This document shows positions 43,170 to 57,900 of a DNA stretch of 64,000 nt, in pieces. Each line of letters starts with the position of its first letter. Position 1 is the stretch's first letter. The notes below the pieces were generated by a model. It did no database searches and had not been told where the DNA came from. It saw only the letters and a list, made by a program, of their open reading frames with translations. The position numbers were made by a program, and so were the translations under genes. Source of the stretch: Eledone cirrhosa (Eukaryota); assembly GCA_964016885.1 (NCBI GenBank), contig OZ024742.1, positions 342,426,001-342,490,000 on the forward strand, in the 5' to 3' direction.

Positions 43170-46100
43170 TCTCCAGTGGTATGAAGTATGTGATCTACAG
43201 CGGTATGAAGTATGTGATATGCAGTGGTATGAAGTATGTTAGCTCTAGTGGTATGAACTATGTGATCTACAGTGGTATGAAGTATGTCAGCTCCAGTGGT
43301 ATGAAGTATGTGATATCCTGTGGTATGAAGTATGTGATCTACAGTGGTATGAAGTATGTCAGCTCCAGTGGTATGAAGTATGTGATCTCCAGTGGTATGA
43401 AGTATGTGATCTCCTGTGTTATGAAATATGTGATCTACAGTGGTATGAAGTATGTGATCTACAGTGGTATGAAGTATGTGATATCCAGTGGTATGAAGTA
43501 TGTGATCTCCAGTGGTATGAAGTATGTAATCTCCAGTGGTATGAAGTATGTGATATCCTGTGGTATGAAGTATGTGATCTCCTGTGGTATGAGGCATGTG
43601 ATCTACAGTGGTATGAAGTATGTGATCTCCAGTGGTATGAAGTATGTGATCTCCAGTGGTATGAAGTATGTGATCTAAAGTGGTATGAAGTATGTGATCT
43701 CCAGTGGTATGAAGTATGTGATCTACAGTGGTATGAAGTATGTGATCTACAGTGGTATGAAGTATGTGATCTCCAGTGGTATGAAGTATGTGATCTCCAG
43801 TGGTATGAAGTATGTGATATCCTGTGGTATGAAGTATGTGATCTCCTGTGGTATGAGGTATGTGATCTACAGTGGTATGAAGTATTTGATCTCCAGTGGT
43901 ATGAAGTATGTGATCTCCAGTGGTATGATGTATGTGATCTACAGTGGTATGAAGTATGTGATCTCCAGTGGTATGAAGTATGTGATCTCCAGTGGTATGA
44001 AGTATGTGATCTCCAGTGGTATGAAGTATGTGATCTTCAGTGGTATGAAGTATGTGATCTACAGTGGTATGAAGTATGTGATCTACAGTGGTATGAAGTG
44101 TGTGATCTACAGTGGTATGAAGAATGTGATCTACAGTGGTATGAAGTATGTGATCTACAGTGGTATGAAGTATGTGATCTACAGTGGTATGTATTATGTG
44201 ATCTCCAGTGGTATGAAATATGTCAGCTCCAGTGGTATGAAGTATGTGATCTACAGTGGTATGAAGTATGTGATCTACAGTGGTATGAAGTATGTGATCT
44301 CCAGTGGTATGAAGTATGTGATCTCCAGTGGTATGAAGTATGTGATCTACAGTGGTATGAAGTATGTGATCTCCAGTGGTATGAAGTATGTGATCTACAG
44401 TGGTATGAAGTATGTGATCTACAGTGGTATGAAGTATGTCAGCTCCAGTGGTATGATGTATGTGATCTCCAGTGGTATGAAGTATGTGATCAACAGTGGT
44501 ATGAAGTATGTGATCTCCTGTGGTATGAAGTATGTGATCTCCTGTGGTATGAAGTATGTGATCTCCAGTGGTATGAAGTATGTGATCTACAGTGGTATGA
44601 AGTATGTGATGTCCAGTGGTATGAAGTATGTGATCTACAGTGGTATGAAGTATGTCAGCTCCAGTGGTATGAAGTATGTGATCTCCAGTGGTATGAAGTA
44701 TGTGATCTCCAGTGGTATGAAGTATGTGATCTACTGTGGTATGAAATATGTGATCTCCAGTGGTATGAAGTATGTGATATCCTGTGGTATCAAGTATGTG
44801 ATCTCCAGTGGTATCAAGTATGTCAGCTCCACTGGTATGAAGTATGTCAGCTCCAGTGGTATGAAGTATGTCAGCTCCAGTGATATGAAGTATGTCAGCT
44901 CCTGTGGTATGAAGTATGTGATCTCCAGTGGTATGAAGTATGTCAACTCCAGTGGTATGAAGTATGTTAGCTCCAGTGGTATGAAGTATGTGATATCCTG
45001 TGGTATGAAGTATGTGATCTCCAGTGGTATGAAGTATGTGATCTACAGTGGTATGAAGAATGTGATCTACAGTGGTATGAAGTATGTCAGCTCCAGTGGT
45101 ATGAAGTATGTGATCTCCAGTGGTGTGAAGTATGTGATCTACAGTGGTATGAAGTATGTGATCTACAGTGGTATGAAGTATGTGATCTACAGTGGTATGA
45201 TGTATGTCAGCTCCAGTGGTATGAAGTATGTGATCTCCAGTGGTATGAAGTATGTGATCTACAGTGGTATGAAGTATGTGATCTACAGTGGTATGAAGTA
45301 TGTGATCTACAGTGGTATGAAGTATGTCAGCTCCAGTGGTATGAAGTCTGTGATCTCCAGTGGTATGAAGTATGTGATCTACAGTGGTATGAAGTATATG
45401 ATGTCCAGTGGTATGAAGTATGTGATCTCCAGTGGTATGAAGTATGTGATCTACAGTCGTATGAAGTATGTGATCTACAGTGGTATGAAGTATGTCATAT
45501 CCTGTGGTATGAAGTATGTGATCTACAGTGGTATGAAGTATGTGATATCCTGTTGTATTAAGTATGTGATCTCCAGTGGTATGAAGTATGTGATATCCTG
45601 TGGTATGAAGTATGTGATCTCCAGTGGTATGGTATGTGATCTACAGTGGTATGAAGTATGTGATCTCCAGTGGTATGAAGTATGTGATCTACAGCGGTAT
45701 GAAGTATGTGATATGCAGCGGTATGAAGTATGTCAGCTCTAGTGGTATGAAGTATGTGATCTACAGTGGTATGAAGTATGTCAGCTCCAGTGGTATGAAG
45801 TATGTGATCTCCAGTGGTATGAAGTATGTGATCTCCTGTGTTATGAAATATGTGATCTACAGTGGTATGAAGTATGTGATCTACAGTGGTATGAAGTATG
45901 TGATATCCTGTGGTATGAAGTATGTGATGTACAGTGGTATGTAGTATGTCAGCTCCAGTGGTATGAAGTATGTGATCTCCAGTGGTATGAAGTATGTGAT
46001 CTACAGTGGTATGAAGTATGTCAGCTCCAGTGGTATGAAGTATGTGATCTCCAGTGGTATGAAGTATGTAATCTCCTGTGGTATGAAGTATGTGATCTAC

Positions 46101-48920
46101 AGTGGTATGAAGTATGTGATCTACAGTGGTATGAAGCATGTGATATCCTGTGGTATGAAGTATGTGATCTCCAGTGGTATGAAGTATGTGATCTCCAGTG
46201 GTATGAAGTATGTGATATCCTGTGGTATGAAGTATGTGATCTACAGTGGTATGAAGTATGTGATCTACATTGGTATGAAGTATGTGATCTCCAGTGGTAT
46301 GAAGTATGTGATCTCCTGTGGTATGAAGTATGTGATCTACAGTGGTATGAAGTATGTGATCTCCAGTGGTATGAAGTATGTGATCTCCTGTGGTATGAAG
46401 TATGTGGTCTACAGTGGTATGAAGTATGTCAGCTCCAGTGGTATGAAGTATGTGATCTACAGTGGTATGAAGTATGTGATATCCTGTGGTATGAAGTATG
46501 TGATATCCTGTGGTATGAAGTATGTGATCTACAGTGGTATGAAGTATGTGATCTACAGTGGTATGAAGTATGTGATCTCCAGTGGTATGAAGTATGTGAT
46601 CTCCAGTGGTATGAAATATGTGATCTACAGTGGTATGAAGTATGTGATCTACAGTGGTATGAAGTATGTGATATCCTGTGGTATGAAGTATGTGATATCC
46701 TGTGGTATGAAGTATGTGATCTACAGTGGTATGAAGTATGTGATCTCCAGTGCTATGAAGTATGTGATCTACAGTGGTATGAAGTATGTCAGCTCCAGTG
46801 GTATGAAGTATGTGATCTCCAGTGGTATGCAGTATGTGATCTACAGTGGTATGAAGTATGTGATCTCCAGTGGTATGAAGTATGTGATCTACAGTGGTAT
46901 GAAGTATGTGATCTACAGTGGTATGAAGTATGTGATATCCTGTGGTATGAAGTATGTGATATCCTGTGGTATGAAGTATGTGATCTACAGTGGTATGAAG
47001 TATGTGATCTCCTGTGATATGAAGTATGTGATCTACAGTGGTATGAAGTATGTGATCTACAGTGGTATGAATTATGTGATCTCCAGGGGTATGAAGTATG
47101 TGATCTACAGTGGTATGAAGTATGTGATCTCCAGTGGTATGAAGTATGTCAGCTCCAGTGGTATGAAGTATGTGATCTACAGTGGTATGATGTATGTGAT
47201 CTACAGTGGTATGATGTATGTGATATCCAGTGGTATGAAGTATGTGATCTACAGTGGTATGAAGTATGTGATCTGCAGTGATATGAAGTATGTGATCTAC
47301 AGTGGTATGAAGTATGTGATCTTCAGTGGTATGAAGTATGTGATCTCCAGTGGTATGAAGTATGTGATCTACAGTGGTATGAAGTATGTGATCTACAGTG
47401 GTATGAAGTATGTGATCTCCAGTGGTATGAAGTATGTGATCTCCAGTGGTATGAAGTATGTGATCTACAGTGGTATGAAGTATGTGATCTACAGTGGTAT
47501 GAAGTATGTGATCTCCAGTGGTATGAAGTATGTGATCTACAGTGGTATGAAGTATGTGATCTACAGTGGTATGAAGTATGTGATCTCCAGTGGTATGAAG
47601 TATGTGATCTACAGTGGTATGAAGTATGTGATATCCTGTGGTATGAAGTATGTGATCTACAGTGGTATGAAGTATGTGATATCCTGTGGTATGAATTATG
47701 TGATCTCCATTGTTATGAAGTATGTGATCTCCAGTGGTATGAAGTATGTGATCTCCAGTGGTATGAAGTATGTGATCTACAGTGGTATGAAGTATGTGAT
47801 CTACAGTGGTATGAAGTATGTGATATCCTGTGGTATGAAGTATGTGATCTCCATTGGTATGAAGTATGTGATCTCCAGTGGTATGAAGTATGTGATCTCC
47901 AGTGGTATGAAGTATGTGATCTACAGTGGTATGAAGTATGTGATCTACAGTGGTATGAAGTATGTGATCTACAGTGGTATGAATTATGTGATATCCTGTG
48001 GTATGAAGTATATGATCTCCATTGGTATGAAGTATGTGATTTCCAGTGGTATGAAGTATGTGATCTACAGTGGTATGAAGTATGTGATCTCCAGTGGTAT
48101 GAAGTATGTGATCTACAGTGATATGAGGTATGTGATCTACAGTGGTATGAAGTATGTGATCTCCTGTGATATGAAGTATGTGATCTACAGTGGTATGAAG
48201 TATGTGATCTACAGTGGTATGAAGTATGTGATCTCCAGTGGTATGAAGTATGTGATCTACAGTGGTATGAAGTATGTGATCTACAGTGGTATGATGTATG
48301 TGATCTCCAGTGGTATGAAGTATGAGATCTCCATTGGTATGAAGTATGTCAGCTCCAGTGGTATGAAGTATGTGATCTACAGTGGTATGAAGTATGTGAT
48401 CTACAGTGGTATGAAGTATGTGATCTACAGTGGTATGAAGTATGTGATCTACATTGGTATGAAATATGTGATCTACAGTCGTATGAAGTATGTGATCTCC
48501 AGTGGTATGAAGTATGTGATCTCCAGTGGTATGAAGTATGTGATCTCCTGTGGTATGAAGTATGTGATCTCCTGTGGTATGAAGTATGTGATCTACAGTG
48601 GTATGAAGTATGTGATATCTGTGGTATGAAGTATGTGATCTCCAGTGGTATGAAGTATGTGATCTCCTGTGGTATGAAGAATGTGATCTACAGTGGTATG
48701 AAGTATGTGATCTCCAGTGCTATGAAGTATGTGATCTACAGTGGTATGAAGTATGTCAGCTCCAGTGGTATGAAGTATGGGATCTCCAGTGGTATGCAGT
48801 ATGTGATCTACAGTGGTATGAAGTATGTGATCTCCAGTGGTATGAAGTATGTGATCTACAGTGGTATGAAGTATGTGATCTACAGTGGTATGAAGTATGT
48901 GATATCCTGTGGTATGAAAT
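43170..48920. repeat. Copy of the block at about 25900-31670 (A-to-B transition), offset about 17.25 kb
   Basis: ORF pairs 26411/43685 (17274), 28374/45624 and 28713/45963 (17250). Shared rare variants: twin GGTATCAAG monomers, GTCAACTCC (27692, 44942), GTTAGCTCTAG (25965, 43238). Confidence 0.88.
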
Positions 48921-51900
48921 ATGTGATCTACAGTGGTATGAAGTATGTGATCTACAGTGGTATGAAGTATGTGATATCCTGTGGTATGAAGTATGTGATA
49001 TCCTGTGGTATGAAGTATGTGATCTACAGTGGTATGAAGTATGTCAGCTCCAGTGGTATGAAGTATGTGATCTCCAGTGGTATGAAGTATGTGATCTCCT
49101 GTGTTATGAAATATGTGATCTACAGTGGTATGAAGTATGTGATCTACAGTGGTATGAAGTATGTGATATCCTGTGGTATGAAGTATGTGATGTACAGTGG
49201 TATGTAGTATGTCAGCTCCAGTGGTATGAAGTATGTGATCTCCAGTGGTATGAAGTATGTGATCTACAGTGGTATGACGTATGTAATCTCCTGTGGTATG
49301 AAGTATGTGATCTACAGTGGTATGAAGTATGTGATCTACAGTGGTATGAAGCATGTGATATCCTGTGGTATGAAGTATGTGATCTCCAGTGGTATGAAGT
49401 ATGTGATCTCCAGTGGTATGAAGTATGTGATATCCTGTGGTATGAAGTATGTGATCTACAGTGGTATGAAGTATGTGATCTACAGTGGTATGAAGTATGT
49501 GATCTCCAGTGGTATGAAGTATGTGATCTCCTGTGGTATGAAGTATGTGATCTACAGTGGTATGAAGTATGTGATCTCCAGTGGTATGAAGTATGTGATC
49601 TCCTGTGGTATGAAGTATGTGGTCTACAGTGGTATGAAGTATGTCAGCTCCAGTGGTATGAAGTATGTGATCTACAGTGGTATGAAGTATGTGATATCCT
49701 GTGGTATGAAGTATGTGATATCCTGTGGTATGAAGTATGTGATCTACAGTGGTATGAAGTATGTGATCTACAGTGGTATGAAGTATGTGATCTCCAGTGG
49801 TATGAAGTATGTGATCTCCAGTGGTATGAAATATGTGATCTACAGTGGTATGAAGTATGTGATCTACAGTGGTATGAAGTATGTGATATCCTGTGGTATG
49901 AAGTATGTGATATCCTGTGGTATGAAGTATGTGATCTACAGTGGTATGAAGTATGTGATCTCCAGTGCTATGAAGTATGTGATCTACAGTGGTATGAAGT
50001 ATGTCAGCTCCAGTGGTATGAAGTATGTGATCTCCAGTGGTATGCAGTATGTGATCTACAGTGGTATGAAGTATGTGATCTCCAGTGGTATGAAGTATGT
50101 GATCTACAGTGGTATGAAGTATGTGATCTACAGTGGTATGAAGTATGTGATATCCTGTGGTATGAAGTATGTGATATCCTGTGGTATGAAGTATGTGATC
50201 TACAGTGGTATGAAGTATGTGATCTCCTGTGATATGAAGTATGTGATCTACAGTGGTATGAAGTATGTGATCTACAGTGGTATGAATTATGTGATCTCCA
50301 GGGGTATGAAGTATGTGATCTACAGTGGTATGAAGTATGTGATCTCCAGTGGTATGAAGTATGTCAGCTCCAGTGGTATGAAGTATGTGATCTACAGTGG
50401 TATGATGTATGTGATCTACAGTGGTATGATGTATGTGATATCCAGTGGTATGAAGTATGTGATCTCCATTGGTATGAAGTATGTGATCTGCAGTGATATG
50501 AAGTATGTGATCTACAGTGGTATGAAGTATGTGATCTTCAGTGGTATGAAGTATGTGATCTCCAGTGGTATGAAGTATGTGATCTACAGTGGTATGAAGT
50601 ATGTGATCTACAGTGGTATGAAGTATGTGATCTCCAGTGGTATGAAGTATGTGATCTCCAGTGGTATGAAGTATGTGATCTACAGTGGTATGAAGTATGT
50701 GATCTACAGTGGTATGAAGTATGTGATCTCCAGTGGTATGAAGTATGTGATCTACAGTGGTATGAAGTATGTGATCTACAGTGGTATGAAGTATGTGATC
50801 TCCAGTGGTATGAAGTATGTGATCTACAGTGGTATGAAGTATGTGATATCCTGTGGTATGAAGTATGTGATCTACAGTGGTATGAAGTATGTGATATCCT
50901 GTGGTATGAATTATGTGATCTCCATTGTTATGAAGTATGTGATCTCCAGTGGTATGAAGTATGTGATCTCCAGTGGTATGAAGTATGTGATCTACAGTGG
51001 TATGAAGTATGTGATCTACAGTGGTATGAAGTATGTGATATCCTGTGGTATGAAGTATGTGATCTCCATTGGTATGAAGTATGTGATCTCCAGTGGTATG
51101 AAGTATGTGATCTCCAGTGGTATGAAGTATGTGATCTACAGTGGTTTGAAGTATGTGATCTACAGTGGTATGAAGTATGTGATCTACAGTGGTATGAATT
51201 ATGTGATATCCTGTGGTATGAAGTATATGATCTCCATTGGTATGAAGTATGTGATTTCCAGTGGTATGAAGTATGTGATCTACAGTGGTATGAAGTATGT
51301 GATCTCCAGTGGTATGAAGTATGTGATCTACAGTGATATGAGGTATGTGATCTACAGTGGTATGAAGTATGTGATCTCCTGTGATATGAAGTATGTGATC
51401 TACAGTGGTATGAAGTATGTGATCTACAGTGGTATGAAGTATGTGATCTCCATTGGTATGAAGTATGTCAGCTCCAGTGGTATGAAGTATGTGATCTACA
51501 GTGGTATGAAGTATGTGATCTACAGTGGTATGAAGTATGTGATCTACAGTGGTATGAAGTATGTGATCTACAGTGGTATGAAATATGTGATCTACAGTCG
51601 TATGAAGTATGTGATCTCCAGTGGTATGAAGTATGTGATCTCCAGTGGTATGAAGTATGTGATCTCCTGTGGTATGAAGTATCTGATCTCCTGTGGTATG
51701 AAGTATGTGATCTACAGTGGTATGAAGTATGTGATCTCCAGTGGTATGAAGAATGTGATCTACAGTGGTATGAAGTATGTGATATCCTGTGGTATGAAGT
51801 ATGTGATCTCCAGTGGTATGAAGTATGTGATCTCCTGTGGTATGAAGAATGTGATCTACAGTGGTATGAAGTATGTGATCTCCAGTGCTATGAAGTATGT

Positions 51901-53000
51901 GATCTACAGTGGTATGAATTATGTCAGCTCCAGTGGTATGAAGTATGGGATCTCCAGTGGTATGCAGTATGTGATCTACAGTGGTATGAAGTATGTGATC
52001 TCCAGTGGTATGAAGTATGTGATCTACAGTGGTATGAAGTATGTGATCTACAGTGGTATGAAGTATGTGATATCCTGTGGTATGAAGTATGTGATATCCT
52101 GTGGTATGAAGTATGTGATCTACAGTGGTATGAAGTATGTGATCTCCTGTGATATGAAGTATGTGATCTACAGTGGTATGAAGTATGTGATCTACAGTGG
52201 TATGAAGTATGTGATCTCCAGGGGTATGAAGTTTGTGATCTACAGTGGTATGAAGTATGTGATCTCCAGTGGTATGAAGTATGTCAGCTCCAGTGGTATG
52301 AAGTATGTGATCTACAGTGGTATGATGTATGTGATCTACAGTGGTATGGTGTATGTGATATCCAGTGGTATGAAGTATGTGATCTGCAGTGATATGAAGT
52401 ATGTGATCTACAGTGGTATGAAGTAGGTGATCTTCAGTGGTATGAAGTATGTGATCTCCAGTGGTATGAAGTATGTGATCTACAGTGGTATGAAGTATGT
52501 GATCTACAGTGGTATGAAGTATGTGATCTCCAGTGGTATGAAGTATGTGATCTCCAGTGGTATGAAGTATGTGATCTACAGTGGTATGAAGTATGTGATC
52601 TACAGTGGTATGAAGTATGTGATCTCCAGTGGTATGAAGTATGTGATCTACAGTGGTATGAAGTATGTGATCTACAGTGGTATGAAGTATGTGATCTCCA
52701 GTGGTATGAAGTATGTGATCTACAGTGGTATGAAGTATGTGATCTACAGTGATATGAAGTATGTGATATCCTGTGGTATGAAGTATGTGATCTACAGTGG
52801 TATGAAGTATGTGATCTACAGTGGTATGAAGTATGTGATCTCCTGTGGTATGAAGTATGTGATCTCCAGTGGTATGAAGTATGTGATCTACAGTGATATG
52901 AGGTATGTGATCTACAGTGGTATGAAGTATGTGATCTCCTGTGATATGAAGTATGTGATCTACAGTGGTATGAAGTATGTGATCTACAGTGGTATGAAGT
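48720..53000. repeat. Copy of the block at about 37710-41990, offset 11011 bp
   Basis: ORF pairs 38215/49226 and 41416/52427 are offset by 11011. Shared private variants ATGACGTATG, GGTTTGAAG, TATCTGATC, ATGGTGTATG and AAGTAGGTG. Confidence 0.9.
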
Positions 53001-56000
53001 ATGTGATCTCCAGTGGTATGAAGTATGTGATCTACAGTGGTATGAAGTATGTGATCTACAGTGGTATGATGTATGTGATCTCCAGTGGTATGAAGTATGT
53101 GATCTCCATGGGTATGAAGTATGTGATCTCCAGTGGTATGAAGTATGTGATCTACAGTGGTATGAAGTATGTGATCTCCAGTGGTATGAAGTATGTGATC
53201 TACAGTGGTATGAAGTATGTGATTTCCAGTGGTATGAAGTATGTGATCTACAGTGGTATGAAGTATGTGATCTTCAGTGGTATGAAGTATGTCAGCTCCA
53301 GTGGTATGAAGTATGTGATCTACAGTGGTATGAAGTATGTGATCTACAGTGGTATGATGTATTTGATATCCACTGGTATGAAGTATGTGATCTCCATTGG
53401 TATGAAGTATGTCAGCTCCAGTGGTATGAAGTATGTGATCTCCAGTGGTATGAAGTATGTGATCTCCAGTGGTATGAAATATGTGATCTCCAGTGGTATG
53501 AAGTATGTGATATCCTGTGGTATGAAGTATGTGATCTACAGTGGTATGAAGTATGTGATCTCCAGTGGTATGAAGTATGTGATCTCCAGTGGTATGAAGT
53601 ATGTGATCTAGAGTGGTATGAAGTATGTGATCTACAGTGGTATGAAGTATGTGATATCCTGTGGTATGAAGTATGTGATCTCCAGTGGTATGAAGTATGT
53701 CAGCTCCACTGGTATGAAGTATGTGATCTACAGTGATATGAAGTATGTGATATCCTGTGGTATGAAGTATGTGATGTCCAGTGGTATGAAGTATGTGATC
53801 TCCAGTGGTATGAAGTATGTCAGCTCCAGTGGTATGAAGTATGTCAGCTCCAGTGGTATGAAGTATGTCAGCTCCTGTGGTATGAAGTATGTGATCTCCA
53901 GTGGTATGAAGTATGTCAGCTCCAGTGGTATGAAGTATGTTAGCTCCAGTGGTATGAAGTATGTGATATCCTGTGGTATGAAGTATGTGATCTCCAGTGG
54001 TATGAAGTATGTGATCTACAGTGGTATGAAGTATGTGATCTACAGTGGTATGAAGTATGTCAGCTCCAGTGGTATGAAGTATGTGATCTCCAGTGGTGTG
54101 AAGTATGTGATCTACAGTGGTATGAAGTATGTGATCTACAGTTGTATGAAGTATGTGATCTACAGTGGTATGATGTATGTCAGCTCCAGTGGTATGAAGT
54201 ATGTGATCTCCAGTGGTATGAAGTATGTGATCTACAGTGGTATGAAGTATGTGATCTACAGTGGTATGAAGTATGTGATCTACAGTGGTATGAAGTATGT
54301 CAGCTCCAGTGGTATGAAGTCTGTGATCTCCAGTGGTATGAAGTATGTGATCTACAGTGGTATGAAGTATATGATGTCCAGTGGTATGAAGTATGTGATC
54401 TCCAGTGGTATGAAGTATGTGATCTACAGTGGTATGAAGTATGTGATCTACAGTGGTATGAAGTATGTCATATCCTGTGGTATGAAGTATGTGATCTACA
54501 GTGGTATGAAGTATGTGATATCCTGTTGTATTAAGTATGTGATCTCCAGTGGTATGAAGTATGTGATATCCTGTGGTATGAAGTATGTGATCTCCAGTGG
54601 TATGGTATGTGATCTACAGTGGTATGAAGTATGTGATCTCCAGTGGTATGAAGTATGTGATCTACAGCGGTATGAAGTATGTGATATGCAGTGGTATGAA
54701 GTATGTCAGCTCTAGTGGTATGAAGTATGTGATCTACAATGGTATGAAGTATGTCAGCTCCAGTGGTATGAAGTATGTTAGCTCCAGTGGTATGAAGTAT
54801 GTGATATCCTGTGGTATGAAGTATGTGATCTCCAGTGGTATGAAGTATGTGATCTACAGTGGTATGAAGTATGTGATCTACAGTGGTATGAAGTATGTCA
54901 GCTCCAGTGGTATGAAGTATGTGATCTCCAGTGGTGTGAAGTATGTGATCTACAGTGGTATGAAGTATGTGATCTACAGTGGTATGAAGTATGTGATCTA
55001 CAGTGGTATGATGTATGTCAGCTCCAGTGGTATGAAGTATGTGATCTCCAGTGGTATGAAGTATGTGATCTACAGTGGTATGAAGTATGTGATCTACAGT
55101 GGTATGAAGTATGTGATCTACAGTGGTATGAAGTATGTCAGCTCCAGTGGTATGAAGTCTGTGATCTCCAGTGGTATGAAGTATGTGATCTACAGTGGTA
55201 TGAAGTATATGATGTCCAGTGGTATGAAGTATGTGATCTCCAGTGGTATGAAGTATGTGATCTACAGTGGTATGAAGTATGTGATCTACAGTGGTATGAA
55301 GTATGTCATATCCTGTGGTATGAAGTATGTGATCTACAGTGGTATGAAGTATGTGATATCCTGTTGTATTAAGTATGTGATCTCCAGTGGTATGAAGTAT
55401 GTGATATCCTGTGGTATGAAGTATGTGATCTCCAGTGGTATGGTATGTGATCTACAGTGGTATGAAGTATGTGATCTCCAGTGGTATGAAGTATGTGATC
55501 TACAGCGGTATGAAGTATGTCAGCTCCAGTGGTATGAAGTATGTGATCTCCAGTGGTATGAAGTATGTGATCTCCTGTGTTATGAAATATGTGATCTACA
55601 GTGGTATGAAGTATGTGATCTACAGTGATATGAAGTATGTGATATCCTGTGGTATGAAGTATGTGATGTACAGTGGTATGTAGTATGTCAGCTCCAGTGG
55701 TATGAAGTATGTGATCTCCAGTGGTATGAAGTATGTGATCTACAGTGGTATGAAGTATGTAATCTCCTGTGGTATGAAGTATGTGATCTACAGTGGTATG
55801 AAGTATGTGATCTACAGTGGTATGAAGCATGTGATATCCTGTGGTATGAAGTATGTGATCTCCAGTGGTATGAAGTATGTGATCTCCAGTGGTATGAAGT
55901 ATGTGATATCCTGTGGTATGAAGTATGTGATCTACAGTGGTATGAAGTATGTGATCTACAGTGGTATGAAGTATGTGATCTCCAGTGGTATGAAGTATGT

Positions 56001-57900
56001 GATCTCCAGTGGTATGAAGTATGTGATCTACAGTGATATGAAGTATGTGATATCCTGTGGTATGAAGTATGTGATCTACAGTGGTATGAAGTATGTGATC
56101 TACAGTGGTATGAAGTATGTGATCTCCTGTGGTATGAAGTATGTGATCTCCAGTGGTATGAAGTATGTGATCTACAGTGATATGAGGTATGTGATCTACA
56201 GTGGTATGAAGTATGTGATCTCCTGTGATGTGAAGTATGTGATCTACAGTGGTATGAAGTATGTGATCTACAGTGGTATGAAGTATGTGATCTCCAGTGG
56301 TATGAAGTATGTGATCTACAGTGGTATGAAGTATGTGATCTACAGTGGTATGATGTATGTGATCTCCAGTGGTATGAAGTATGTGATCTCCATTGGTATG
56401 AAGTATGTGATCTCCAGTGGTATGAAGTATGTGATCTACAGTGGTATGAAGTATGTGATCTCCAGTGGTATGAAGTATGTGATCTACAGTGGTATGAAGT
56501 ATGTGATTTCCAGTGGTATGAAGTATGTAATCTACAGTGGTATGAAGTATGTGATCTTCAGTGGTATGAAGTATGTCAGCTCCAGTGGTATGAAGTATGT
56601 GATCTACAGTGGTATGAAGTATGTGATCTACAGTGGTATGATGTATTTGATATCCACTGGTATGAAGTATGTGATCTCCATTGGTATGAAGTATGTCAGC
56701 TCCAGTGGTATGAAGTATGTGATCTCCAGTGGTATGAAGTATGTGATCTCCAGTGGTATGAAATATGTGATCTCCAGTGGTATGAAGTATGTGATATCCT
56801 GTGGTATGAACTATGTGATCTACAGTGGTATGAAGTATGTGATCTCCAGTGGTATGAAGTATGTGATCTCCAGTGGTATGAAGTATGTGATCTACAGTGG
56901 TATGAAGTATGTGATCTACAGTGGTATGAAGTATGTGATATCCTGTGGTATGAAGTATGTGATCTCCAGTGGTATGAAGTATGTCAGCTCCACTGGTATG
57001 AAGTATGTGATCTACAGTGGTATGAAGTATGTGATATCCTGTGGTATGAAGTATGTGATGTCCAGTGGTATGAAGTATGTGATCTCCAGTGGTATGAAGT
57101 ATGTCAGCTCCAGTGGTATGAAGTATGTCAGCTCCAGTGGTATGAAGTATGTCAGCTCCTGTGGTATGAAGTATGTGATCTCCAGTGGTATGAAGTATGT
57201 CAGCTCCAGTGATATGAAGTATGTTAGCTCCAGTGGTATGAAGTATGTGATATCCTGTGGTATGAAGTATGTGATCTCCAGTGGTATGAAGTATGTGATC
57301 TACAGTGGTATGAAGTATGTGATCTACAGTGGTATGAAGTATGTCAGCTCCAGTGGTATGAAGTATGTGATCTCCAGTGGTGTGAAGTATGTGATCTACA
57401 GTGGTATGAAGTATGTGATCTACAGTGGTATGAAGTATGTGATCTACAGTGGTATGATGTATGTCAGCTCCAGTGGTATGAAGTATGTGATCTCCAGTGG
57501 TATGAAGTATGTGATCTACAGTGGTATGAAGTATGTGATCTACAGTGGTATGAAGTATGTGATCTACAGTGGTATGAAGTATGTCAGCTCCAGTGGTATG
57601 AAGTCTGTGATCTCCAGTGGTATGAAGTATGTGATCTACAGTGGTATGAAGTATGTGATCTACAGTGGTATGAAGTATGTCATATCCTGTGGTATGAAGT
57701 ATGTGATCTACAGTGGTATGAAGTATGTGATATCCTGTTGTATTAAGTATGTGATCTCCAGTGGTATGAAGTATGTGATATCCTGTGGTATGAAGTATGT
57801 GATCTCCAGTGGTATGGTATGTGATCTACAGTGGTATGAAGTATGTGATCTCCAGTGGTATGAAGTATGTGATCTACAGCGGTATGAAGTATGTGATATG
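52700..57900. repeat. Mixed B/A block duplicated at offset about 3284 bp, with a nested 838-bp duplication
   Basis: ATTTGATATCCACTGG at 53361 and 56645 (third copy at 63436). ORF starts 54597/55435 and GTTAGC at 53939/54777 are offset by 838. Confidence 0.78.

Noticed and set aside
1026-54534. Cys/Trp-rich (EVCDLQWY)n ORFs, where the common C/A polymorphism is silent (CTC/CTA)
   Set aside because: One silent site is weak evidence. The frame is stopped often (AGTGAT, GTTAGC, TCTAGT, ATTAAG variants) and starts depend on chance variants.
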